Shown piece by piece: positions 37,750 through 48,490 of a DNA stretch of 64,000 nt. Each line of letters opens with the position of its first letter. Within the stretch, counting starts at the first letter, position 1. The DNA comes from an uncultured Gemmatimonadales bacterium (GTDB lineage: Bacteria > Gemmatimonadota > Gemmatimonadetes > Longimicrobiales > RSA9). The stretch covers positions 288,001-352,000 of the forward strand of contig CAWAMW010000015.1 of assembly GCA_963783305.1 (NCBI GenBank). Reading direction: 5' to 3'. The notes beneath the pieces are model-generated. The model was not told the origin of the DNA. It worked only from the letters and a program-made list of their open reading frames with translations, and ran no database searches. A program made the position numbers and the translations under genes.

Positions 37750-38334
37750 TCAGTCCCCCTCCGCCACGTACGTTGGCGCGTCCATGCCCCTGTCCCCCGG
37801 CTCCTCGTGCGTCCGCCGCTTCTCCGCGTGCACCGCCCCCACCACCCCGGCGGCCACCGAGGCGGCCAGGCGGTTCACGAACCCGCCCCACGTTCCGGTC
37901 TGCATCGCGTCGCCGGCGAACAGGAACCCCGCCAGCTGCGTCGCCGACCCGGCCTTCGCGCGGCTCCGGATGTGGAAGACCACATCGCCCCACTGGTTCC
38001 GGTACGCGCCGAAGGTGATCCGTCCCGCCTCCGGGTGCCCCTCGAGCGTTGCGAGCGTGAGGGAGTTCCGCCCCTTGTGCACAACACGCACAGCGAACGT
38101 GCCCGCCAGCCGTATGTCCACATCCAGCTCATCGCCCACCTCCAGCTCCCCCGCCCCGGTCTCGCCAGCGCGGCGCCGGAACGTCACCAGCGACGGCGGC
38201 GCCAGGTCCTCGAAATGCCGCGCCACCGCCGCAACCACACCGGCCGGCCCTGCGCGCGGCTCGTCGAGCACCGCCCAGTAGTCCCGCTCCAGCAGCTTTC
38301 CCTTCCCCCGTCGCGGCGCCTGCACGTCTTTCAT
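37750..38334 (-). CDS. DUF1990-like protein
   Basis: LATLEGHPEAGRITF. Confidence 0.7.
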   Translation of the reverse strand: MKDVQAPRRGKGKLLERDYWAVLDEPRAGPAGVVAAVARHFEDLAPPSLVTFRRRAGETGAGELEVGDELDVDIRLAGTFAVRVVHKGRNSLTLATLEGHPEAGRITFGAYRNQWGDVVFHIRSRAKAGSATQLAGFLFAGDAMQTGTWGGFVNRLAASVAAGVVGAVHAEKRRTHEEPGDRGMDAPTYVAEGD

Positions 38335-38507
38335 CGACCCCTCTCCCTTCCATCCTCCGCGCGCGGTCACTCCTTCGCTCCATTCCAGAAGCCCGTCGCA
38401 AGATCCACCCCGCCAGCCGCTGGCATTCCGCTTGCCCCCCCGGTCCTGGTGCAGAGGCTCGAGCCGACAGCCCGCGCCCAACCAGCTCCACGGCCAGGAC
38501 GATCGCC

Positions 38508-38798
38508 ATGCCCGAGACCGACACGAACCCCGCCGCCGACCGCGAGGACGCGTATCATCCCGCTCCCGTGGTGCGGGACGAGCACAGTGAGCCCACCTTC
38601 ACCCGGGTGATCGAGCAGCAGACCGCCCGCGTCCCGTCCCACTGGTTCCTGCTCGCCGCCTTTGCCGCCATGGCCGCGTCCCTGGCCAGTGAGGTCTTCG
38701 GCAAGCGTCGCTGGGGCCGCTTCATAGGTATGTGGGTCTCGCCACTGCTGATCACCGGCGTGTACAACAAGCTGGTAAAGGCATTTGGACCGAGGTAG
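38508..38798 (+). CDS. Small conserved membrane protein
   Basis: IEQQTARVPS..FL...FIGMW...G.YNKLVK; AGGA RBS. Confidence 0.75.
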   Translation: MPETDTNPAADREDAYHPAPVVRDEHSEPTFTRVIEQQTARVPSHWFLLAAFAAMAASLASEVFGKRRWGRFIGMWVSPLLITGVYNKLVKAFGPR

Positions 38799-38848
38799 CA
38801 GCACCGCTTACGTTCACAGATCCTGGTCATGGACCAACCGCAGACCTC

Positions 38849-38998
38849 CTGTGAACTGTGAACTGTGTCCTGTGAATTTCTGTGAACTGTGAACTGTCTA
38901 CTGTGAACTGTCTCCTGTGAACTGTGTCCTGTGAACTGTGTCCTGTGAACTGTGAACTGTCTCCTGTGACCTGTCTCCCGTGACCTGCCTCCTGTTCC
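38849..38998. repeat. Heptamer tandem repeat, about 21 units of CTGTGAA / CTGTGTC / CTGTCTC
   Basis: Read directly from the sequence; intergenic. Confidence 0.9.
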
Positions 38999-39015
38999 CG
39001 TTGTCCCGTTGATCC

Positions 39016-39438
39016 ATGCTCGACACCTACCCCCATCCTCCGCTCTCGCGCATGCTCGCCCGCGCGTCGCTTCGCCGCTGCCCTCTCTGCGGGTCCGGCG
39101 ATCTCTACAGCGGGTGGGTGGAGCCGCGGGGTGCCTGCCCGCGCTGCCAGCTGAAGCTGGACCGCGGCGAGGGTGATTTCTTCCTTGGGGGGTTCACACT
39201 CAACTTCATCGCGGTGGAGCTGCTGCTCGTGGGATTCCTGCTGGCGAGCGTGCTCCTGACGTGGCCGGCGGTGCCGTGGGACGCGCTGCTGTGGATCGCC
39301 GCGCCGCTGGTGGTGCTCGCGCCCATCGTCCTCTACCCGGTCACCCGCACGATCTGGCTGGCCATCGACCTCTCCATGCGACCGCCGGGCCCGGCCGACT
39401 TCCCGGAGCCCGGCAGCGATCGACCGCGGGTATCCTGA
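39016..39438 (+). CDS. DUF983-family zinc-ribbon membrane protein
   Basis: RCPLCG...CPRC followed by two hydrophobic segments. Confidence 0.8.
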   Translation: MLDTYPHPPLSRMLARASLRRCPLCGSGDLYSGWVEPRGACPRCQLKLDRGEGDFFLGGFTLNFIAVELLLVGFLLASVLLTWPAVPWDALLWIAAPLVVLAPIVLYPVTRTIWLAIDLSMRPPGPADFPEPGSDRPRVS

Positions 39439-39445
39439 AGCCCGC

Positions 39446-40069
39446 CTACTCGCCCACAATGGCGTGGGAGAGAGCGTCCTGCGACAGCTCCACGCGCTCG
39501 CCGTTCACGTGCACGGTGGCGCCCGTGTCGTGGAGCTGGCTCCACAGCCAGTTGGAGAGCACGGCGCCGGTGTTGCGGGAGCCGAACCGAAGCGCCAGGT
39601 AGTGGGCATCGCCGTCCCCGGCGCCCTCGTAGACCACGATGCCGGCGTCCGGCACCTCCCGTATGGCGCCGGGCCGCAGCGAGCTCGCACCCATGAGCAT
39701 CTCGATCGTCCCGGCGGGGATGCGGGACACCTTCATTCGCGGACCTGACGCTTCGGGGATCGACGGCTCATCCGCGGCATCCGGGGCGCCGGGCTCCATC
39801 GACCGCTCCCTCTCCGCGCCGCGTCGGGCCCGCGCGAGGGCGCCCTCCAGGTAGAAGTAGGTCAGCCCCTTGGCCCAGTAGAGGAGGTCGGGGCGGTTCG
39901 GCTGCGTCGTCTCCCGCTCCGTCTCCAGCAGATGGTCCGACGCGTCCCTGAACCGGATCCAGCCCACCCAGGTGCCGTCCGGCCGCTCGGCGCCCAGGAC
40001 GCGGGCGATCCAGCTCGATCCGTCCGCGTCCTCAATGCTGTTCTCGAACTCCAGCAGCTCCTCGGCCAT
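39446..40069 (-). CDS. Hypothetical protein
   Basis: GGAGG RBS; WVGWIRF...TERETTQPN...YWA.GL...YLEGALARA. Confidence 0.7.
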   Translation of the reverse strand: MAEELLEFENSIEDADGSSWIARVLGAERPDGTWVGWIRFRDASDHLLETERETTQPNRPDLLYWAKGLTYFYLEGALARARRGAERERSMEPGAPDAADEPSIPEASGPRMKVSRIPAGTIEMLMGASSLRPGAIREVPDAGIVVYEGAGDGDAHYLALRFGSRNTGAVLSNWLWSQLHDTGATVHVNGERVELSQDALSHAIVGE

Positions 40070-40233
40070 GACCCTTCCTCCCTCCGGGGTTTGGAGGACG
40101 GCCGCCCGGCCAGCGGGCGCGCCGCCGCCATGGCAGCAAGCGCAACGGACGTGCCCCGACGGCCCTCCCCGGATCCCGGCTGGAACAGAACCTGCCCGTG
40201 GGAGCCACCATACTCGAACAGGAGAGAGCTGTA

Positions 40234-41073
40234 ATGAGGGAGGCCGGCAGCAGCAGCATGGATCGGGCGGGGAATGCCGCGGACGCGGCCGCCCAAGAGG
40301 CGGCGCCGTGGGTGGAGAAGCTCGCACGGCTCGGCTACGCGGCGAAGGGCGTGGTGTACATCCTCGTGGGCGGCCTGGCCGTGTCCTGGGCCCTCGGGAT
40401 GGGTGGAGGGACCACGGGGTCCAGCGGGGCGCTGGCCAGTATCTCGGACTCGACGGTGGGGCGGATCGCGCTCGGCCTCATCGCGCTCGGGCTCGCGGGC
40501 TACGTGGTCTGGGGGCTCGTGCGGGCGTTCCGGAACCCCGAGAACGAGGGCACCGGCCACCGCATCTTCTTCGGCATCACCGCGCTGATCTACGCGTTCC
40601 TGGCGGTGGAGGCCGCGCGGCTGGCGGTCGGCGGGGGGGGCGGCAGCGGCGGCGGGGGCGGCAGCGCCAGCCACTGGTCGGCGCAGGCGATGCAGCAGCC
40701 GTTCGGACGCTGGCTCGTGGCGGCCGCGGGTGTGGCGATCGCCATTTACGGGATCCAGCAGCTCATCAACGCGTGGCGGGTCGACCTGGACGATCAGCTG
40801 GCGCTCGGTCGGATGTCCACCGAGGGCCGGAAATGGGCGGTCAGGAGTGGCCGGCTCGGTCTGGCGGCGCGGGGAGTGGTCTTCGTCATCATCTCCTACT
40901 ACGTGGTCAAGGCTGCGCTCGAAGCCACCCCCGGTCACGCCCGGGGCATCGACGGAGTGCTGGGCTCCATGCGGGACACGCCGTGGCTTCTGGGACTGGT
41001 GGCGCTCGGGCTGCTGGCGTACGGCGTCTACAACGTGATCCGTGCCCGCTACCGGGTGATCAAGCCCCGGTAG
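40234..41073 (+). CDS. DUF1206-family membrane protein
   Basis: ARLGYAAKGVVY and GLAARGVVF repeats. Confidence 0.85.
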   Translation: MREAGSSSMDRAGNAADAAAQEAAPWVEKLARLGYAAKGVVYILVGGLAVSWALGMGGGTTGSSGALASISDSTVGRIALGLIALGLAGYVVWGLVRAFRNPENEGTGHRIFFGITALIYAFLAVEAARLAVGGGGGSGGGGGSASHWSAQAMQQPFGRWLVAAAGVAIAIYGIQQLINAWRVDLDDQLALGRMSTEGRKWAVRSGRLGLAARGVVFVIISYYVVKAALEATPGHARGIDGVLGSMRDTPWLLGLVALGLLAYGVYNVIRARYRVIKPR

Positions 41074-41097
41074 CCGGGCGGTCGACGGTGGGTCTAC

Positions 41098-42096
41098 CTA
41101 CCAGCGGATGGCGGCGCTGGCCCAGGTAAAGCCGCTGCCGAAGGCCGTCAGGACCAGCAGGTCGCCGCGCTCGAGCAGGCCCCGGTCCGCGGCCTCGTCC
41201 ATGGCAATGGGGATGGTGGCCGCGGTGGTGTTGCCGTAGCGCTGGATGTTGTTGTAGACCTTGTCGTCGGAGAGGCCGAGCTTCTTTGCGACCATCTCGT
41301 TGATCCGCAGGTTGGCCTGGTGCGCGATCAGAAGGTCGATGTCCTCCAGGCCGAGACCGTTGTGCTCCAGCGCCGCTTCCACCGATTGAGGCATGCGGAC
41401 GACGGCGTTCTTGAACACCTCGCGCCCTTCCATGATCGGGTAGTGCCGGCCTGCCGCCAGGTCCTCGGCGGTCAGGCGCGGGCTGCGGGCCCCTCCCTCT
41501 GCCTCCACCCACAGCTTCTCGGCGCCCCGGCCGTCGGCAAAGAGGTGCGTGGAGAGCACACCGCGCCCCTCCTCCTCCGTGGCGCCCAGGATCACGGCGC
41601 CGGCGCCATCGCCGAACAGCACGCCCACGTCGCGGCCGGCGGGGCTGTAGTCGAGACCCGTGGAGTGGACCTCCGCGCCCACCAGGAGGATGCGCCGGTA
41701 CTGACCGGACCGGATCCACCCATCGGCCACCGACAACCCGTAGATGAAGCCGGTGCACTGGTTCCGCACGTCCAGGGCCGGGATCCCGCGCAGGCCCAGC
41801 TTCCGCTGGAGGAACACGCCGCCGCCCGGGAAGAAGTGGTCGGGGCTGAGCGTCGCGAAGACGATGCAGTCGATCTCCGATGCCTCCATTCCCGCCCGCT
41901 CCAGCGCGCGCTCCGTCGCCTTCAGCGCCAGGTCGGAGCCCGCCTCCACGCCGCCCTCCACCCAGTGCCTGCGCTCGATCCCCGTCCGCTCGCGGATCCA
42001 TTCGTCCGACGTGTCCCACCACTCCCGCAGATCGTCGTTCGTCACCACCCGCTCGGGGACGTGGAATCCGGTGCTGATGATCTCTGTGCGTGGCAT
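41098..42096 (-). CDS. fabH: 3-oxoacyl-ACP synthase III
   Basis: QCTGF (Cys), FGDGAGA, HQAN, GNT, FGSGFTW. Confidence 0.9.
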   Translation of the reverse strand: MPRTEIISTGFHVPERVVTNDDLREWWDTSDEWIRERTGIERRHWVEGGVEAGSDLALKATERALERAGMEASEIDCIVFATLSPDHFFPGGGVFLQRKLGLRGIPALDVRNQCTGFIYGLSVADGWIRSGQYRRILLVGAEVHSTGLDYSPAGRDVGVLFGDGAGAVILGATEEEGRGVLSTHLFADGRGAEKLWVEAEGGARSPRLTAEDLAAGRHYPIMEGREVFKNAVVRMPQSVEAALEHNGLGLEDIDLLIAHQANLRINEMVAKKLGLSDDKVYNNIQRYGNTTAATIPIAMDEAADRGLLERGDLLVLTAFGSGFTWASAAIRW

Positions 42097-42320
42097 GTAC
42101 GCCTCTCCCGGGGCTCTCGATGGACCATGCATAGGACGCACACAAATGACTGCTTTCCCCGGGTTCTGTCCAGCGCACCCGCCGCGAGCCGGGGTCCCGC
42201 CTCCGGCGGCGGGGGGCGCACTGGCACAGCAGATCCCGCGCACGACCCTTGCCCCCGCGGGCCCGCCCGCATTACATAGGCTTCCGGATCCTCCCCCCTC
42301 CAGCCCTCAGAACACCACCC

Positions 42321-44981
42321 GTGACGCCACCCCCCTCCCTGGAGCCACGTGACGCGTTCCACGCGCGCCAGGCCGCGCTCCTGCGCCTCAGCACCGCCAT
42401 CGCCGCCGCGCGCGACGAGGACGACGTATGCCGGAGCGTGGTGGAGGGACTGAACGACCCGGCGCTGGGATACGACTTCCTCGGCATGTTCCTCGTGGAG
42501 CCGGAGACGGGGGACCGCGTGCTCCGGGCGAGCCTGGGCTGGGAGGGGGCGGAGCGCGGCATGCGGGTCCCGCCCGGGACGGGGATCTCGCAGCAGGCCA
42601 TGGAGGACCGGCAGCTCCACTACACGCCGCGGGTCTCCGAGGTCGCGTCTTACGTCATGACGCTGGGCACCGGCGCGGAGATCGACGTGCCTGTCCTCCA
42701 CGGCGACGAGCTCCTGGGCGTGCTGGTGGTGGAGAGCGATGAGCCGGACGCCTTCGACCGGGGCGATTTCGACGTGCTCACCGCGGCGGCGCAGCAGGCG
42801 GGGATCGCCATCGGCCGGGCTCGCCTTCTGGAGACGGAGCGGCGCCACGCCCGGGAGCACCGTGCGCTGCTGGAGACGCTGGGCGACCTGTCGGGCGAGC
42901 TGGAGCTGGCGAAGCTGCTGCAGCGTGTGCTGGAGCGTGCGGTCTCTCTGCTGGGTGTCACTGGCGGCGAGCTGGCGATCTACGAGCCCGACTCGGAAGA
43001 CCTGGTGATCGTCGCCAGCCACAACATCGGGAAGGACTCGACGGGGACGCGGATCCGGCCGGGCGAGGGGGCGATGGGGTGGGTGGCGGAGCGTCACGAG
43101 TCGCTGATCATCCCGAACTACCAGGAGTGGGACGGGCGGTCGGAGAAGTACAGCGAGACGACGGCCCGGGGCGTGATGGTGGTGCCGCTCCTGATCGGCT
43201 CGCGGCTGGTGGGGACGCTGGCGAGCGTGCACACGGAGGCGGACCGCACGTTCGACGAGAAGGACCTGCGGCTGCTGAACATGTTCGCGCCGCAGGCGGC
43301 GATCGCCATCGAGAACGCGCGGCTGTTCACCGCGGAGCACCAGCGGGCGAACGAGCAGCGTGCGCTGCTGGACACGCTGAGCGACCTGTCGAGCGAGCTG
43401 GAGCTGTCGAAGCTGCTGCAGGCGGTGCTGGAGCGGGCGGTAGCGCTGCTGGGCGTGACCGGCGGCGAGCTGGCGATCCACGACGAGGAGGCGGGCGAGG
43501 TGGTGATCGTGGCGAGCCACCACATCGGCGCCGACTCCACGGGCACCCGCATGGCGCTCGGGGAGGGGGCCATGGGCCAGGTCGCGCAGACGCACGAGCC
43601 GCTCATCATCCCGAACTACCAGGAGTGGCTGGGGCGGTCGGAGAAGTACGCCGAGACTACGGCCCGCGGCGTGATGGTGGTCCCGCTCCTGATCGGGACC
43701 CGGCTGGTGGGGACGCTGGCGAGCGTGCATACGGAGACCGACCGGACGTTCGGCGAAGCGGACCTGCGGCTGCTGAACCTGTTCGCTCCGCAGGCGGCCG
43801 TGGCCATCGAGAATGCCCGCCTGTACACGGAGGCGCAGCGGCAGCGGCGGTACTTCGAGGCGGTGGTTCAGAACAGCCCCGTGGCCATCGTGACGCTGGA
43901 CCTGGACGGCCGCATCGTGGAGCTGAACCCGGCGTTCGAGCGGCTCTTCGGCTACGACCGGGACGCCGCGCTGGACGCGAACCTCGACGACCTCATCAAC
44001 GACCCGGAGACGCTGGCGGAGGCCACCGACTACACCGTGGCGGCCGCGGCGGGGCAGCTCGCGCACGGCATCGGGAAGCGCCGCCGCAGCGATGGCAGCT
44101 ATCTGGACGTGGAGCTGGCGGGCGTACCGGTGGAGGTGGGCGGTGAGAGCGTCGGGATCGTCGCGCTCTACCACGACGTGACGGAGCTGCTGGCGGCGCG
44201 CCGGGATGCCGAGGAGGCGAACCGTGCCAAGAGCCAGTTCCTGGCGAACATGAGCCACGAGCTCCGCACGCCGTTGAACGCCATCATCGGCTACAGCGAG
44301 ATGATCGAAGAGGAGGCCGAGGAGGCGGGGCTGCGCGAGTTCGTCCCGGACCTGGGTCGGATCCAGGGCGCGGGCCGACACCTCCTGTCGCTGATCAACG
44401 ACATCCTCGACCTCTCCAAGATCGAGGCGGGGCGCACCGAGATCGTGACCGAGCGCGTGGACCTCGGGACGCTGGTCCGGGAGGTGGAGGATACGACCCG
44501 CCCGCTGGTGGCCCGGAACGGCAACACGCTGCAGGTCGCCATCGACCCGTCCATGAGACCGGTCGTCACCGACGCCATGAAGCTGCGACAGGTCCTGCTG
44601 AACCTGCTGTCGAACGCGTCCAAGTTCACCGAGCAGGGCACCATCCGGATGGACGTCGGGCCCGATCCACTCGATGGCGCCCACTTCCTGGTCCGCGTGG
44701 CGGATGACGGGATCGGCATGACCGAGGAGCAGATGGGTCGGCTGTTCGTGGCGTTCAGCCAGGCGGAGAACACCACATCCCGACGGTATGGCGGCACGGG
44801 ACTGGGGCTGGCCATCAGTCGCCGTTTCTGCATCCTCCTCGGCGGCGACCTGACCGTGGAGAGCGACCCCGGTCACGGCTCCGCGTTCACCGTCCGGCTG
44901 CCGTGCAACGCCGCACCGGTGGGCGCGGCGGCGGGCGCTGGGCCGGCTGCGGTGGTCCCGGGCGCACGGGAGGCCCCGTGA
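42321..44981 (+). CDS. Sensor histidine kinase: 3 GAF, PAS, HisKA, HATPase
   Basis: Repeated [11 protein letters not shown] linkers, [25 protein letters not shown]. Confidence 0.9.
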   Translation: MTPPPSLEPRDAFHARQAALLRLSTAIAAARDEDDVCRSVVEGLNDPALGYDFLGMFLVEPETGDRVLRASLGWEGAERGMRVPPGTGISQQAMEDRQLHYTPRVSEVASYVMTLGTGAEIDVPVLHGDELLGVLVVESDEPDAFDRGDFDVLTAAAQQAGIAIGRARLLETERRHAREHRALLETLGDLSGELELAKLLQRVLERAVSLLGVTGGELAIYEPDSEDLVIVASHNIGKDSTGTRIRPGEGAMGWVAERHESLIIPNYQEWDGRSEKYSETTARGVMVVPLLIGSRLVGTLASVHTEADRTFDEKDLRLLNMFAPQAAIAIENARLFTAEHQRANEQRALLDTLSDLSSELELSKLLQAVLERAVALLGVTGGELAIHDEEAGEVVIVASHHIGADSTGTRMALGEGAMGQVAQTHEPLIIPNYQEWLGRSEKYAETTARGVMVVPLLIGTRLVGTLASVHTETDRTFGEADLRLLNLFAPQAAVAIENARLYTEAQRQRRYFEAVVQNSPVAIVTLDLDGRIVELNPAFERLFGYDRDAALDANLDDLINDPETLAEATDYTVAAAAGQLAHGIGKRRRSDGSYLDVELAGVPVEVGGESVGIVALYHDVTELLAARRDAEEANRAKSQFLANMSHELRTPLNAIIGYSEMIEEEAEEAGLREFVPDLGRIQGAGRHLLSLINDILDLSKIEAGRTEIVTERVDLGTLVREVEDTTRPLVARNGNTLQVAIDPSMRPVVTDAMKLRQVLLNLLSNASKFTEQGTIRMDVGPDPLDGAHFLVRVADDGIGMTEEQMGRLFVAFSQAENTTSRRYGGTGLGLAISRRFCILLGGDLTVESDPGHGSAFTVRLPCNAAPVGAAAGAGPAAVVPGAREAP

Positions 44982-47900
44982 CGGGGGATGGGATGACCGG
45001 CGGCACCGGCAGCCGACAGTCGGCGCTCCTGCGCCTGAGCACGAACATCGCCGCGGCCCGGGACGAGGAGGCCGTGTACTCGGCGATCGTGGAGGGGCTC
45101 CGCGAGCCGGCCATCGGCTACGACTTTGTTTCCGTCCTGATGGTGGAGCCGGGCACGGGCGACCGTGTGCTGCGGGCCAGCGCCGGCTGGGAGGGGGGCC
45201 CGGACTCCTCCGGCGGCTATCGCCTGCGCCCTGGCGCGGGGCTGAGCGAGCGGGCGCTGCTGGACGGCGCGCTGCACTACACCGCCGACGTGGGCGTGGA
45301 GGAGCGGTTCGTGGCCGGCCCGATCCGCGGCTCCGAGCTCGACGTCCCGCTCCTGGTGGAGGGGAAGGTGGAGGGCGTGCTGGTGGTGGAGAGCGCGGAC
45401 ACCGACGCATTCGGCGCTGAGGACTTCGAGATCCTCACGGCGGCCGCGCAGCAGACGGGGATCGCCATCGGGCGGGCGCGGCTGCTGGAGGCCGAGCGCC
45501 GTCGGGCGGACGAGCAGAAGGCGCTCCTGGACACGCTCGCCGATGTCACGGGCGAGCTGGAGCTGTCGCGGCTCCTCCAGGCCATCCTGGAGCGGGCGGT
45601 GCGCCTGCTGGGTGTGAGCGGCGGCGAGCTCGCGCTGGTAGACCACGAGTCGGGCGAGCTGGAGATCGCCGCCAGCCACCGGATGGGGACCGACGCCGTC
45701 GGCACGCGCATGGCGCGCGGCGAAGGGGCCATGGGCCGGGTCGCCGAGACGCGCGAGTCGCTGATCATCCACGATTACCAGGAGTGGGCGCAGCGGTCAT
45801 CGAAGTACACCCAGGACGTGGTCCAGTCGGTGATGGCGGTCCCGCTCCTGGCGGGCGGCGCGCTCGTGGGCGTGATCGCGGTCGTGCACCGGGCTCGCGA
45901 CTACTCCTTCGAGCCCGCGGACCAGCGCCTGCTGGACCTGTTCGCCCGCCAGGCCGCCATCGCCGTGGCGAACGCGCGGCTCTACGCCGCCGAGCACTGG
46001 CGTGCCGAAGAGCTGGCGGCCGTGCTGGACACCATGGCCGACCTGGCGGGCGAGCTGGAGCTCGAGGTGGTGCTCCAGACGCTGCTCGAACGCGCCGTCC
46101 GGCTCCTGGCGGTGACCGGTGGCGAGCTGGCCATGCTGGACGAGCGCACGGGGGAGCTCGTGATCGCCGCCAGCCATCAGATGGGTGTGGATGCGGTGGG
46201 CACGCGGATGGCGCCCGGCGAGGGGGCCATGGGCCGGGTGGCGCACGCCCGGGAGCCGCTCACGATCCCGCACTACCAGGAATGGGAGCACCGCTCCGAC
46301 AGCTACACGAGCGGCACCGTCCAGACCGTGATCGCCGCACCGCTCATGATCGGGACCCGGCTCGTTGGCGTCATCGCCGCCGTGCACTCGGACCCCGGGC
46401 GGGCGTTCGGCTCGGAGGACATGCGGCGGCTGAACCTGTTCGCACCGCAGGCCGCGGTGGCCATCGAGAACGCGCGGCTCTTCACCGCGGAGCGGACGCG
46501 GGCGGAGGAGCAGCGGGCGCTGCTCGATACGCTCCAGGACCTGTCGCGGCAGCTGGAGCTCTCGGTCGTGCTCCAGAAGGTCCTGGAGCGGGCGTCCGCG
46601 CTGCTGGACGCCACCGGCGGTGAGCTGGCCATTTACGACGAGGAGGCGAACGACCTGGAGATCGTCGCGAGCCACAACATGGGCGCGAACGCGGTGGGCA
46701 GCCGCATGGCCATGGGCGAGGGAGGGATGGGGAGGGCGGCGGAGACGGGTGAGCCGCTGGTGGTGGGGCAGTACCAGGAGTGGGAGCACCGTGCGGTGAA
46801 GTACGGTGGCGTGCATACGGCGATGGCCGCACCGCTGACGATTGGAGGGCGGCTGGTGGGCGTCATCGCCATCATCCACTCGAGCCCGGAGCGTACGTTC
46901 GAGGAGGAGGACCTTCGGCTGCTGGAGCTGTTCGCGCCGCAGGCGGCCATCGCCATCGAGAACGCCCGGCTCCTGGACGAGGCCGAGCGCGCGAATCACG
47001 CCAAGAGCCAGTTCCTGGCGAACATGAGCCATGAGCTGCGTACGCCGCTGAACGCCATCATCGGCTACAGCGAGATGCTCCAGGAGGAGGCGGCGGAGGA
47101 CGGCAACGACGGCTATGTCCCCGACCTGACGAAGATCCACTCGGCCGGCCGTCACCTGCTCGCCCTCATCAACGATATCCTGGACCTGTCGAAGATCGAG
47201 GCCGGGAAGACCGAGCTGTTCCTGGAGCGCTTCCTCATCCGGGAGCTGCTGAAGGACGTGGAGGCCACGGCCGCGCCGCTCATCGCGAAGAACGGGAACC
47301 GCCTCGAGGTGGCGGTGGGTGCAGAGCTCGGCAGCATGACAGCCGACGTGACCAAGACTCGCCAGATTCTGCTCAACCTCCTCTCCAACGCGGCGAAGTT
47401 CACGGAGAACGGGCTGATCCGCCTCAGCGCCCGCTGCGACCCCGCCGATCCGTACGCCGCGCTGATCACGGTGACCGACGAGGGGATCGGGATGACGGAG
47501 GAGCAGCTGGGGCGCCTCTTCACCGCGTTCGGACAGGCGGAGGCGTCCACCAGCAAGAAGTACGGCGGGACGGGCCTCGGCCTGGTGATCAGCCGCCATT
47601 TCGCGCGGATGATGGGTGGCGACATCCTCGTGGAGAGCGAAGCGGGTAAGGGCACCGCATTCACCGTTCGGCTCCCGCTCGTATCGCGGCAGGGGGCGCA
47701 GGTGCGCAGGTCCGATCCGGTGGTCGAAGACCCGGTGGGCTCCGGCGCCGCCGGCACGGTGCTGATCATCGACGACGATCTCACGGTGCACGACCTCCTG
47801 CGACGCAGCCTGTCCCGCGAGGGATACAAGGTGGAGAGTGCGGAGGACGGCCCCGGTGGGCTGCTGCGCGCGCGGGAGCTCCACCCCGACGTGATCCTGC

Positions 47901-48490
47901 TGGACGTCCTCATGCCGGGCGTGGACGGCTGGTCCGTGCTCGCCTCGCTCAAGGAGGACCCGGAGCTCCGGGAGATCCCCGTGGTGATGATCTCCATGCT
48001 GGACGACCGGCGTCTGGGCTTTGCCCTGGGGGCCACCGACTACATGACCAAGCCGGTGGACCCGACCCGACTCGTGGCCGTGCTCCGACGCCTCTGCCCC
48101 GAGCGGAACGGCGTGATCCTGGTGGTCGACGACGACCCGGCCGTCCGGGACCGACTCACCCGGATGATCCGGGACGGCGGCTGGGTGGCCGCGGAGGCGG
48201 AGAACGGGAGAGTCGCCCTCGACATGCTGGGCGATCTCCAACCGGACCTCATCCTCCTCGACCTGCTCATGCCGGAGCTCGATGGGTTCGGCTTCATCGA
48301 CGCGCTCCGGGAGCTCCGGCCGGCGTTGGACGTCCCCGTCGTCGTCCTGACCGCCAAGGATCTGACGGGCGAGGACCGGAAACGGCTCAACGGTGGCGTG
48401 CATCACGTCATCGCGAAGGGCAGCGCGGACGCCAAGGAGCTGGCGGGGCAGCTGCGCAGGGCCGTGGGGCGGAAAGGAGCGCGGCGCTGA
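44978..48490 (+). CDS. Hybrid histidine kinase: 4 GAF, HisKA, HATPase, 2 REC
   Basis: Same kinase motifs plus LLDVLMP and LLDLLMP receivers; GTGA overlap. Confidence 0.9.
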   Translation: MTGDGMTGGTGSRQSALLRLSTNIAAARDEEAVYSAIVEGLREPAIGYDFVSVLMVEPGTGDRVLRASAGWEGGPDSSGGYRLRPGAGLSERALLDGALHYTADVGVEERFVAGPIRGSELDVPLLVEGKVEGVLVVESADTDAFGAEDFEILTAAAQQTGIAIGRARLLEAERRRADEQKALLDTLADVTGELELSRLLQAILERAVRLLGVSGGELALVDHESGELEIAASHRMGTDAVGTRMARGEGAMGRVAETRESLIIHDYQEWAQRSSKYTQDVVQSVMAVPLLAGGALVGVIAVVHRARDYSFEPADQRLLDLFARQAAIAVANARLYAAEHWRAEELAAVLDTMADLAGELELEVVLQTLLERAVRLLAVTGGELAMLDERTGELVIAASHQMGVDAVGTRMAPGEGAMGRVAHAREPLTIPHYQEWEHRSDSYTSGTVQTVIAAPLMIGTRLVGVIAAVHSDPGRAFGSEDMRRLNLFAPQAAVAIENARLFTAERTRAEEQRALLDTLQDLSRQLELSVVLQKVLERASALLDATGGELAIYDEEANDLEIVASHNMGANAVGSRMAMGEGGMGRAAETGEPLVVGQYQEWEHRAVKYGGVHTAMAAPLTIGGRLVGVIAIIHSSPERTFEEEDLRLLELFAPQAAIAIENARLLDEAERANHAKSQFLANMSHELRTPLNAIIGYSEMLQEEAAEDGNDGYVPDLTKIHSAGRHLLALINDILDLSKIEAGKTELFLERFLIRELLKDVEATAAPLIAKNGNRLEVAVGAELGSMTADVTKTRQILLNLLSNAAKFTENGLIRLSARCDPADPYAALITVTDEGIGMTEEQLGRLFTAFGQAEASTSKKYGGTGLGLVISRHFARMMGGDILVESEAGKGTAFTVRLPLVSRQGAQVRRSDPVVEDPVGSGAAGTVLIIDDDLTVHDLLRRSLSREGYKVESAEDGPGGLLRARELHPDVILLDVLMPGVDGWSVLASLKEDPELREIPVVMISMLDDRRLGFALGATDYMTKPVDPTRLVAVLRRLCPERNGVILVVDDDPAVRDRLTRMIRDGGWVAAEAENGRVALDMLGDLQPDLILLDLLMPELDGFGFIDALRELRPALDVPVVVLTAKDLTGEDRKRLNGGVHHVIAKGSADAKELAGQLRRAVGRKGARR

